This document shows positions 57,197 through 64,000 of a DNA stretch of 64,000 nucleotides, in pieces. The stretch is from Thermoproteota archaeon (lineage in GTDB: Archaea; Korarchaeota; Korarchaeia; Korarchaeales; Korarchaeaceae). Location: positions 303,112 through 367,111 of the forward strand of contig JAOZFN010000007.1 of NCBI GenBank assembly GCA_027492205.1, written 5' to 3'. The position numbers and the translations under genes are program-made. Position 1 is the first letter of the stretch. Each line of letters starts with the position of its first letter. Below the pieces are notes generated by a model, which worked only from the letters and a program-made list of their open reading frames with translations, searched no databases and had not been told where the DNA came from.

Positions 57197-57746
57197 CCTC
57201 CCCCGCCTCCCGTGCCTCCACCTTTCCCATGCCCGGCTGCCTGCAAGTCAGGGAGACCCTGACAATCGGCTCTCCCCGCGCCGCGGCCGCTGGACTTGGC
57301 CTGCTCACGCCCGTTATCCTGGCCCTGACGACATCACCCCGCCGATAAGTGACCCTAGTCTTTCTTCCCTGCAGGACGCCGGCCCTGTGCACGAAGACGT
57401 CGTCTCCGAGTTGGGATATGTGGACGAAGCCGTCTATGGGCCCCATGGTGATCACAATCCCGTGCTCCAGGACAGCCTTGACCTCGCCCTCCACTATCTC
57501 GTGGACCTTGGGCAGGAACGTGAGAACCTCGAACTCGGCGCGGAAGTAGATGGAGGGGCTGGAAATGAGCGCCTTGCCGAGGCTTACGTCGGAGACCCTA
57601 AGGACCTCGAGGATGAGGCCCACATCCTCCAGATACCTCCCAACGTACCTGGCCCGGAGGAGTTCCTCGGCGACCTCCCTGGGATCGTCTCCCAGCCTCT
57701 TGGGAGGGACCCAGACCATGTCGCTCATCCTAACGACGTAGTACAA
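57183..57746 (-). CDS. rpoE: RNA polymerase subunit E' (Rpo7)
   Basis: VWVPP...GPIDGFVHISQ...GDVVRARI...LTCRQPGMGK. Confidence 0.95.
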   Translation of the reverse strand: MYYVVRMSDMVWVPPKRLGDDPREVAEELLRARYVGRYLEDVGLILEVLRVSDVSLGKALISSPSIYFRAEFEVLTFLPKVHEIVEGEVKAVLEHGIVITMGPIDGFVHISQLGDDVFVHRAGVLQGRKTRVTYRRGDVVRARITGVSRPSPAAAARGEPIVRVSLTCRQPGMGKVEAREAGEGGAS

Positions 57747-57764
57747 ACGATCACCCCCGGAGAC

Positions 57765-58166
57765 TCAGGGCCTGAACTTGGCGGGGTCTTCGAGGACCAG
57801 CCTCTTGCCTGCCCTGAGGTACACCACCGGCACACCCCGCTCAAGGCACCTGTTCTTTAACGCATTGTCCAAGGTGACCACCACCCTGCTCCCGGACCCG
57901 GTGGAGGAGTACTTCACTATCGCCTCGTCCGCTGGCCCCGACGACTCCCTCACCTCGATCTTCAGCGCAGGAAGGGAGCTCAGGACGCTCCTGGCGGCAG
58001 GATCTCGCTCCTCCGCCTTAATCCTCAGCTCCTCGAGGCACGAGGTCAGGGTGACGAGCCTGGCGCCGGGAACCAAGTCAAAGAGGTGGCTCAAGCTCAC
58101 GGGGACCTTCTTCTCGAAAATCCCCAACAGAAAAGAGGTATCCAACACCAACTCCCTCTCGGTCAA
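57765..58166 (-). CDS. PIN-domain protein (Utp24/Fcf1-like)
   Basis: VLDTSFL...EEL...ADEAI...VTLDNALK; conserved position upstream of rpoE. Confidence 0.88.
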   Translation of the reverse strand: MTERELVLDTSFLLGIFEKKVPVSLSHLFDLVPGARLVTLTSCLEELRIKAEERDPAARSVLSSLPALKIEVRESSGPADEAIVKYSSTGSGSRVVVTLDNALKNRCLERGVPVVYLRAGKRLVLEDPAKFRP

Positions 58167-58189
58167 GGGTGGCCACCCAACGGAGGGGG

Positions 58190-58296
58190 TGGTGGGCCCG
58201 GCGGGACTTGAACCCGCGACCTCCCGCTTTTCCCCTGGCTTGTGGCGGGAGCCGCCATATAAGGCGGGCGCTCTATCCAGGCTGAGCCACGGGCCC
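58190..58296 (-). tRNA. tRNA-Ile(UAU) with 29-nt intron (about 58230-58258), encoded CCA
   Basis: Ile-type body GGGCCCGTGGCTCAGCC...GGGCCCA-CCA; stem CCCGC/GCGGG; mature loop CT-TAT-AA. Confidence 0.85.
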
Positions 58297-58384
58297 CCGC
58301 CCCCCGGCCCCTGCTGCCGGGCTGGCTTATATAAAGATAGAGAGTGGGCGGGACTGGGGGGTCAGCTCGGGACTGCCTGCGCGA

Positions 58385-59014
58385 ATGCCCGCGGCGAAGG
58401 TGTGGATCAGGGAGATCCTCGAGGGCCGGTTTGAGGACGTGAGCGTCGGAACGGTCAGGTACTTCAGACTCCCAGCCGGAGGAAGCGTCGTCTCCGTCAG
58501 GGTGATGGGGGTTGTGGTCGACTCATACATGAGCACAGACGCGGGACACGCGAGGGTCGTCTTAGAGGACGGGACGGGATCCATATCGATTAGGGCCTGG
58601 GACCAAGACGTCGAGATGCTCGTGGACCCGGAGACCGGGTCCCCCTACTCGCGGGGAACCGTGCTGGACGTGGTGGGCAGGGTGAGGGAGTGGAAGGGAG
58701 AGAGGTACGTCGTCCCCCAGCTTACGGTGAGGGTCGAGGACCCCAACTGGATATTGGTTAGGGCCCTGGAGATCCTCAGAGAGAGGATGAGGATCGCCGC
58801 GGCGTCAGCCGGGGAGGAGGGGGCGGAAGGCGAACATCCGGACGTGAGGGAGGCCATTCTGAAGCTCCTCGGGGGGAGGGGGCCCCTGTCTGAGGAACAG
58901 ATCGTTGCTGAGTTCTCTGGCTCCCAAAGGGGGGCCGTGCTCCGTGCCCTGGACCGGCTGATGGAGGAAGGGTTAATATACCTTGACGAGAGAGGGAGGT
59001 ACGTCGTAGCTTAG
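58385..59014 (+). CDS. Replication protein A subunit (RPA32-like OB fold + wHTH)
   Basis: VRVMGVVV...LEDGTGSI.IRAW...DVVGRVREW...DPNW; C-terminal wHTH. Confidence 0.85.
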   Translation: MPAAKVWIREILEGRFEDVSVGTVRYFRLPAGGSVVSVRVMGVVVDSYMSTDAGHARVVLEDGTGSISIRAWDQDVEMLVDPETGSPYSRGTVLDVVGRVREWKGERYVVPQLTVRVEDPNWILVRALEILRERMRIAAASAGEEGAEGEHPDVREAILKLLGGRGPLSEEQIVAEFSGSQRGAVLRALDRLMEEGLIYLDERGRYVVA

Positions 59015-59034
59015 CGATCAGAGGAGGTAGAACC

Positions 59035-59457
59035 TTGTCGACTAAGGAGGAGTACCTTGAGATGCTCCGGGCAGCCCGCGAGAGGCTCCCGAAGGGGGTA
59101 GTCGTTAGCGGCGAGAGGTTCACCCCGCCGACCCCCGTGGTGATTATTGAAGGGAGGCAGACACACCTCATCAACTTCAAGGAGATATGCGACGCCCTCA
59201 ACAGGGATCCAAAGCTCGTCGCCCGGTATCTGTCCAGAGAGTTGGGAAGCCCCTACATGATGACCGGAGGCGGCAAGCTGATACTGTCCAGGAGGATAGA
59301 CCCCCAACTGGTCGACGCCAGGGTGAAGAGGTTCATAGAGAGGTACGTGCTCTGTCCCATCTGTGGAAGGCCTGACACGAAGCTCGTTAAGGTGAAGAGG
59401 ACTCTCGTTCTGAAGTGTCTGGCCTGCGGGGCCGAGACGCCGGTCCCGAAGGTCTGA
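59035..59457 (+). CDS. eif2b: Translation initiation factor aIF-2 beta
   Basis: ERF...INFKEICDALNR...YVLCPICGRPDT...CLACGA. Confidence 0.96.
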   Translation: MSTKEEYLEMLRAARERLPKGVVVSGERFTPPTPVVIIEGRQTHLINFKEICDALNRDPKLVARYLSRELGSPYMMTGGGKLILSRRIDPQLVDARVKRFIERYVLCPICGRPDTKLVKVKRTLVLKCLACGAETPVPKV

Positions 59458-59485
59458 GGGAATATTTTAGAAGGCGGCGTTTATC

Positions 59486-59890
59486 TTGCCATCGCGCAGG
59501 AGGGGGAGGAGAAAGAGAACCTTCAGGCGGAGGAGGAGGCCCATGTCAAAGAAGTCCTCAAAGCCCGAGAGTTCTCTTGACGCCGAGATGGAGGAACTCC
59601 TACCCGCTGACGAGGACCTTGAGGTCTTCGGTCGGGTCCTGGACCCGGTGGGCAAGGGGCACTTCAGGGTCGAGTGCACCGACGGCGTCGTCAGGATAGC
59701 TAGGGTGAGGGGGAAGCTCAGGGGCAAGCGGCACTGGATAAGGAGGGGGGACATAGTGCTCGTATCCGTCTGGCCCTTCAAGAGGGACAGGGGGGACATA
59801 GTGGTAAGGTACAGCCGTCAGCAGGTCGAGTGGCTCATTGAGAAGGGGTACCTCGACAGGTCTTGGGCGATGATGGAGGATGTCCTCTGA
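59486..59890 (+). CDS. eif1a: Translation initiation factor aIF-1A (start 59486 or 59543)
   Basis: VECTDGVVRIARVRGKLR...WIRRGDIVLVSVW...GDIVVRY. Confidence 0.93.
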   Translation: MPSRRRGRRKRTFRRRRRPMSKKSSKPESSLDAEMEELLPADEDLEVFGRVLDPVGKGHFRVECTDGVVRIARVRGKLRGKRHWIRRGDIVLVSVWPFKRDRGDIVVRYSRQQVEWLIEKGYLDRSWAMMEDVL

Positions 59891-60692
59891 GCCCGATGAG
59901 GGCTACGAGGAGATCGAGCGCCGGCTCGAGAGGATGATGGAGGAGGAGTACGCCAAGCGGGCGAAGAGATTCAAGGACGAGGAGTACTACAAGGTCAGGC
60001 AGTTGGTTTTTGATACAAGAACGATCAGAGCTCTCATAAAACTGTTTAATAAGGGCGTTATAAGAGACATAACGTGGATCGTGAGTGCGGGTAAGGAGGC
60101 CGTCGTGATGGCCGGCACGGGACCCGAGGGGGATGTGGCGGTGAAGGTATACAAGATCGCCACCGCCAACTTCAGGAAGTACCTGGACTACATCGTGGGG
60201 GACTATCGCTTCGTTCCGGTGAGGGATAGAGATCGCCTGATAAGGCTGTGGGCGAAGAAGGAGTATAGGAACCTCGTCCGGCTCTACGAAGCCGGGGTAT
60301 CTGTTCCTAAGCCCATAGCAGTCGTGGGAAACGTGCTCGTGATGGAGTTCATAGGAGACGGGGGATTCCCCGCCCCCCTACTGAGGGAGGTGAGGGAACT
60401 CCCGGACCCGAGTTCCACCCTCGATGCCATACTGGCAGACGTTAGGAGGACGTACCTGGACGCGGAACTCGTTCACGGGGACCTGAGCGAGTACAACATC
60501 ATGTACTGGAGGGAGAAGCACTGGGTGATAGACGTCTCCCAGGCCGTCGTCACCCTGCACCCGATGGCCGAGGCTTACCTCAGGAGGGACGTCGAGAGGG
60601 TGATCCGCTTCTTCTCGACCAGGTTTGGGGTGAGGGGCCCTGACCCGTGGAGCTTCGTTGATGAGTTGATTAGAGAGGGAGAGGCGAGGTGA
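59880..60692 (+). CDS. rio1: RIO1 family kinase
   Basis: SAGKEA, AVKVY, WAKKEYRNL, LVHGDLSEYNI, IDVSQ. Confidence 0.96.
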   Translation: MSSEPDEGYEEIERRLERMMEEEYAKRAKRFKDEEYYKVRQLVFDTRTIRALIKLFNKGVIRDITWIVSAGKEAVVMAGTGPEGDVAVKVYKIATANFRKYLDYIVGDYRFVPVRDRDRLIRLWAKKEYRNLVRLYEAGVSVPKPIAVVGNVLVMEFIGDGGFPAPLLREVRELPDPSSTLDAILADVRRTYLDAELVHGDLSEYNIMYWREKHWVIDVSQAVVTLHPMAEAYLRRDVERVIRFFSTRFGVRGPDPWSFVDELIREGEAR

Positions 60693-60700
60693 GCCCCTGA

Positions 60701-61333
60701 ATGGCCATCGAGATTAGAGTCAAGATCCCGAGGAACAGGGTGGGCGTGCTCATAGGGAAGAGGGGGGCCACCAGGAGGTACCTCGAGAGGGTGACCGGGG
60801 CGAAGATAACCGTGGACAGCGGGTCCGGCGAGGTCACGATCACGTTTGAGGAGCCCCCCGAGGACCCCCTCATGCCCCACAAGCTTCAATCCGTCATTCA
60901 GGCAATTGGGAGAGGCTTTTCCCCCGAAAGGGCGATGAAGCTCCTGAACGACGAATACGTGCTGGAGATAGTCGACCTTCGTGATTACGTCGGTCCCAGC
61001 AAGAACGCCCTTCAGAGGATCCGGGGGAGGCTCATAGGGGAGAGGGGGAGGGCGCGGACCTACATCGAGAGTCGCACCGGGACCGACATATCAATATACG
61101 GCCACACTGCGGCCATAATTGGAAGGTACTACGACATCATCCCCGCCAAGGAGGCGATCGTATCCCTCGCCTCTGGCTCCAGGCACTCCACCGCCTACCG
61201 GAGGATGGAGCGAAAGATCGCCGAGATGCGGGAGAGGGAAGTCCTGGAGCAGATGATGATCATGAGGGAGGCGAGGTCCCGGCGGCGGATGAAGGAGAGT
61301 GGAGAGGAGGGTGAAGAATGGGAGGAGGGCTGA
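60701..61333 (+). CDS. KH-domain rRNA-processing protein (Dim2/Pno1)
   Basis: RVGVLIGKRG, AIGRGFS, RIRGRLIG..GRAR. Confidence 0.93.
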   Translation: MAIEIRVKIPRNRVGVLIGKRGATRRYLERVTGAKITVDSGSGEVTITFEEPPEDPLMPHKLQSVIQAIGRGFSPERAMKLLNDEYVLEIVDLRDYVGPSKNALQRIRGRLIGERGRARTYIESRTGTDISIYGHTAAIIGRYYDIIPAKEAIVSLASGSRHSTAYRRMERKIAEMREREVLEQMMIMREARSRRRMKESGEEGEEWEEG

Positions 61334-62886
61334 AGGAACTCGAGCAGATTAGCGCTGCCGACTTCTTCTACAGAAACAGATCGCTGGCGGGATTTGACAA
61401 CCCCGTCAGGGCCACCTACACGACCGTGAGGGAACTCGTGGAGAACGCGCTGGACGCCAGCGAGCTAGCCGGGCGGCCCCCCAAGGTCATGCTCACGATG
61501 GAGGAGGTGGCCGAGGGTCGCCTTGAGGGGGCGGCCGTCTACATGCTGAGGGTGAGGGACAACGGGGTTGGGCTTGACCCCGAGGACGTTCCGGCAGCCT
61601 TCGGGAAGGTCTTCGTCAGCTCCAAGTACAAGCTGATGCAGAGCAGGGGAACGTTCGGGCTTGGAGGAACCATGGCGCTCCTCTACGGACAGATCACGAC
61701 GAACCGGCCTTTCAAGGTGATAACGGGGAGAGAGGGATCGCCCCTCTACGAGTTCACCATGAAGATCGACATTCAGAAGAACGAGCCGATTGTCCTGGAC
61801 AGGAGGATATTGGCAGGCGTGACGAGGAGGTCGATGACGACGGTCGAGCTCTACTTCGAGGGGAACTACAGGCGGGCCAGGTCGAAGATCATCGACTACC
61901 TCCACCAGACGGCGATCGTCACCCCCTACGCGGACATAATGTTCATCGACCCAGACGGCCTATTCTTCTTCTTCGCCAGGACCACTGACCAGATACCCCC
62001 TCCGCCAAAGGAGACGAAGTTTCACCCCAAGGGAATCGACTTTGAGCTGCTGAAGAGGCTCGCCGAGACCACGAACACCCGGAAGCTGGCTGGCTTCCTG
62101 ACCACCCACTTCCAGAGGGTGGGCCCCAAGACGGCGGCGGAGATCCTGGCCAGGGCCGGCCTGTCTCCGGACCTCAGCCCCAAGAGGCTGAGCGATGAGG
62201 AGCTGGAGAGGCTGTTCAAGGCGCTCGTCACCTACGACAACTACCTCCCGCCCGACCCAAGCGTCCTGTCTCCGCTGGGTCCCAAGCTGTGGGAGGAGGG
62301 CATCAAGAAGGAGCTCAGGCCGGAGTTCGTAAAGGCAGTTCAGAGGCCCCCCGCAGTCGTCGAGGGCCACCCAGTCATAGTGGAGACGGCCATCGCCTAC
62401 GGAGGTGACATAAAGCCCGCCGGGGAGATCCAGCTCTACCGGTTCGCCAACAGGATTCCCCTCCTCTACGACGTCAGCAGCGACGTCTCCTACCTGGTGG
62501 CCAGGCGCCTCAACTGGAGCGTCTACGGGCTCAAGTCCCTGGAGGACGAGCCAATCGCCCTCTTCTTCCACGTTGTCTCCACGAAGGTCCCGTTCAAGAC
62601 CGTTGGGAAAGAGTTCATCGCAAACAAGCCCGAGCTGGCGAGGGAGGTTGAACTCGGCTGGAGGGCCTGCGCAAGGGATCTGAGGATCTACCTCAGCAGA
62701 AAGAGGAGGGCCGCATCGGCCGCCAGGAGGGTTGAGCTCCTGTCGAGGTACTACGCGCTGATAGCGGAGGTCCTCGAGGAGTTGACCGGGGAGCGGCCGC
62801 CCATTGAGACCTTACTAGCCAGGGTGGCGAGGAAGGCCAAGGTGGAGGTCCCGGTGGAGGTGAGGGAGAGTGGCGACGGAAGCTGA
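61318..62886 (+). CDS. top6B: DNA topoisomerase VI subunit B
   Basis: ELVENALDA, DNGVG, SRGTFGLG, RFANRIPLL. Confidence 0.97.
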   Translation: MGGGLKELEQISAADFFYRNRSLAGFDNPVRATYTTVRELVENALDASELAGRPPKVMLTMEEVAEGRLEGAAVYMLRVRDNGVGLDPEDVPAAFGKVFVSSKYKLMQSRGTFGLGGTMALLYGQITTNRPFKVITGREGSPLYEFTMKIDIQKNEPIVLDRRILAGVTRRSMTTVELYFEGNYRRARSKIIDYLHQTAIVTPYADIMFIDPDGLFFFFARTTDQIPPPPKETKFHPKGIDFELLKRLAETTNTRKLAGFLTTHFQRVGPKTAAEILARAGLSPDLSPKRLSDEELERLFKALVTYDNYLPPDPSVLSPLGPKLWEEGIKKELRPEFVKAVQRPPAVVEGHPVIVETAIAYGGDIKPAGEIQLYRFANRIPLLYDVSSDVSYLVARRLNWSVYGLKSLEDEPIALFFHVVSTKVPFKTVGKEFIANKPELAREVELGWRACARDLRIYLSRKRRAASAARRVELLSRYYALIAEVLEELTGERPPIETLLARVARKAKVEVPVEVRESGDGS

Positions 62887-63985
62887 GTCCGTGGAGGAGA
62901 TCAAGAGGAGGATAATGGAGATAGCTGAGCGGGTGGCCGAGGACATAGAGCGGGGTGAGTTCCCAAGCATTAGGTATCCGCCGAACTCCAAGGGGAACAT
63001 CGAATTCAGGGAGGACGTCGGCTACATCTTCAGGCCCAAGACCTTCAGCGAGATAGAGGGGGACAGGGTAAAGAGCGTCAAGACGCTGGCTGGAGTGCTC
63101 TACGGCCTGGCCAAGGCGCTCGACCACCTCGAGAACGGGCTCACCATGACCAAGAGGGATTTCTACTACCTGCACAAGGTCGAGCGACTGAAGGGGACGC
63201 TCTTTCCCGAGGATCAGAGGGAGACCGACGCCCGGATCGTCTTGATGGAACTCATCCTAGGCGCGCCCCGGGAGGCCTTCTCCATAACGAGCGACCCCAG
63301 AGGCTGGATCTACGGAGACATAGAGCTTGTGGACATGACCGGAAGGACCATAAGGGCAGACAGAGTCGGCGAGATGGGGTACTCGGTCCCCCCGAGGCCC
63401 GAGAATATCAAGTTCAAGAGGATCGGCGTTAAGGCGGTCGTGGCCGTCGAGAAGGTCGGTCCCGCCAAGAACATGATCGAACTGGGCATTCCAGAGGAGT
63501 ACAACCTCGCCATAGCCATACTAAAGGGGCAGGCCTCTAGGAGCATGCGACGATTCCTCAGGATGCTGTCGGACGAGGGAGTTCCCATAGCCATCCTGAC
63601 GGACTTCTCCCCCTGGTCCCTCAGGATAGCGGCTACCGTGGTGTACAACAGCATAAGCTCGGCCCACATCCCGTACCTCGCGGCGCCCGAGGCCAGGTTC
63701 ATAGGAATAATGGCGGAGGACGTGGAGACGGGCTTCTTCAAGGACTACCAGTTCGCGCTGGAGCCCCTGACCCAGGCGGACCTGAAGGCGGCGATGGACA
63801 ACGTGCACCTGCCGAACCTGCAGCACCCGTTCTGGCAGAGAGAGAACGAGTGGTTCCTGAAGAACAAGAAGAAGGCTGAGCTAGAGATCTTCAAGGCGAT
63901 GAGCCCGTCTGCGAAGGAACTCAAGGAGCTGTTCGTGAGCTACCTTCGGGAGAAGCTCGAGAACAGGCTCGGGGTGCCCATCTGA
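62870..63985 (+). CDS. top6A: DNA topoisomerase VI subunit A
   Basis: TKRDFYY (catalytic Tyr), VAVEK, KGQ, TDFSP, KAELE; follows top6B. Confidence 0.93.
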   Translation: MATEAESVEEIKRRIMEIAERVAEDIERGEFPSIRYPPNSKGNIEFREDVGYIFRPKTFSEIEGDRVKSVKTLAGVLYGLAKALDHLENGLTMTKRDFYYLHKVERLKGTLFPEDQRETDARIVLMELILGAPREAFSITSDPRGWIYGDIELVDMTGRTIRADRVGEMGYSVPPRPENIKFKRIGVKAVVAVEKVGPAKNMIELGIPEEYNLAIAILKGQASRSMRRFLRMLSDEGVPIAILTDFSPWSLRIAATVVYNSISSAHIPYLAAPEARFIGIMAEDVETGFFKDYQFALEPLTQADLKAAMDNVHLPNLQHPFWQRENEWFLKNKKKAELEIFKAMSPSAKELKELFVSYLREKLENRLGVPI

Positions 63986-64000
63986 CCCTGAGCCAACCTT

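Noticed and set aside
58228-58263. Alternative splicing giving tRNA-Phe(GAA) or Leu(UAA)
   Set aside because: The acceptor stem and discriminator are Ile-type, the variable arm is short, and the best BHB-like fold supports UAU
1-64000. CRISPR array, rRNA, transposase or integrase
   Set aside because: No regularly spaced repeats, rRNA-like sequence or DDE/tyrosine-recombinase motifs seen

Overview
GC-rich archaeal chromosome segment. A Korarchaeota-like thermophile is inferred from the intron-containing tRNA-Ile(UAU), the stand-alone LigD phosphoesterase and the archaeal information-processing genes. Left (0.3-28.5 kb) is an accessory/defence region beside an intron-containing tRNA-Ala(GGC). 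It holds a free-standing LAGLIDADG endonuclease, a Panacea-X-PIN triplet, a Type IIG R-M enzyme with a compositionally foreign specificity region plus a DUF365/ASCH protein, and a candidate novel operon (wHTH, ATPase-nuclease, SPL-like radical SAM, frameshifted TcmP-like methyltransferase) facing a PD-(D/E)xK nuclease. It also has a vapBC array, hidden nuclease/ParA/KaiC pseudogenes, an ABC exporter and an orphan N6-MTase. Middle (28.4-39 kb) has metabolic genes and two diverged copies of an unannotated structured RNA-like element with its own TATA box. 39-48 kb is a Tad/Flp-like type IV pilus locus with a divergent TFB paralog. 48-64 kb is a conserved housekeeping cluster (rpl37e, Lsm, SepF, aCPSF1, proteasome beta, RtcB, KsgA, r-proteins, Spt4/RpoE, RPA, aIF2beta, aIF1A, Rio1, Dim2, Topo VI) with tRNA-Arg(CCG) and tRNA-Ile(UAU). 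All calls are by motif recognition only; no database searches were run.
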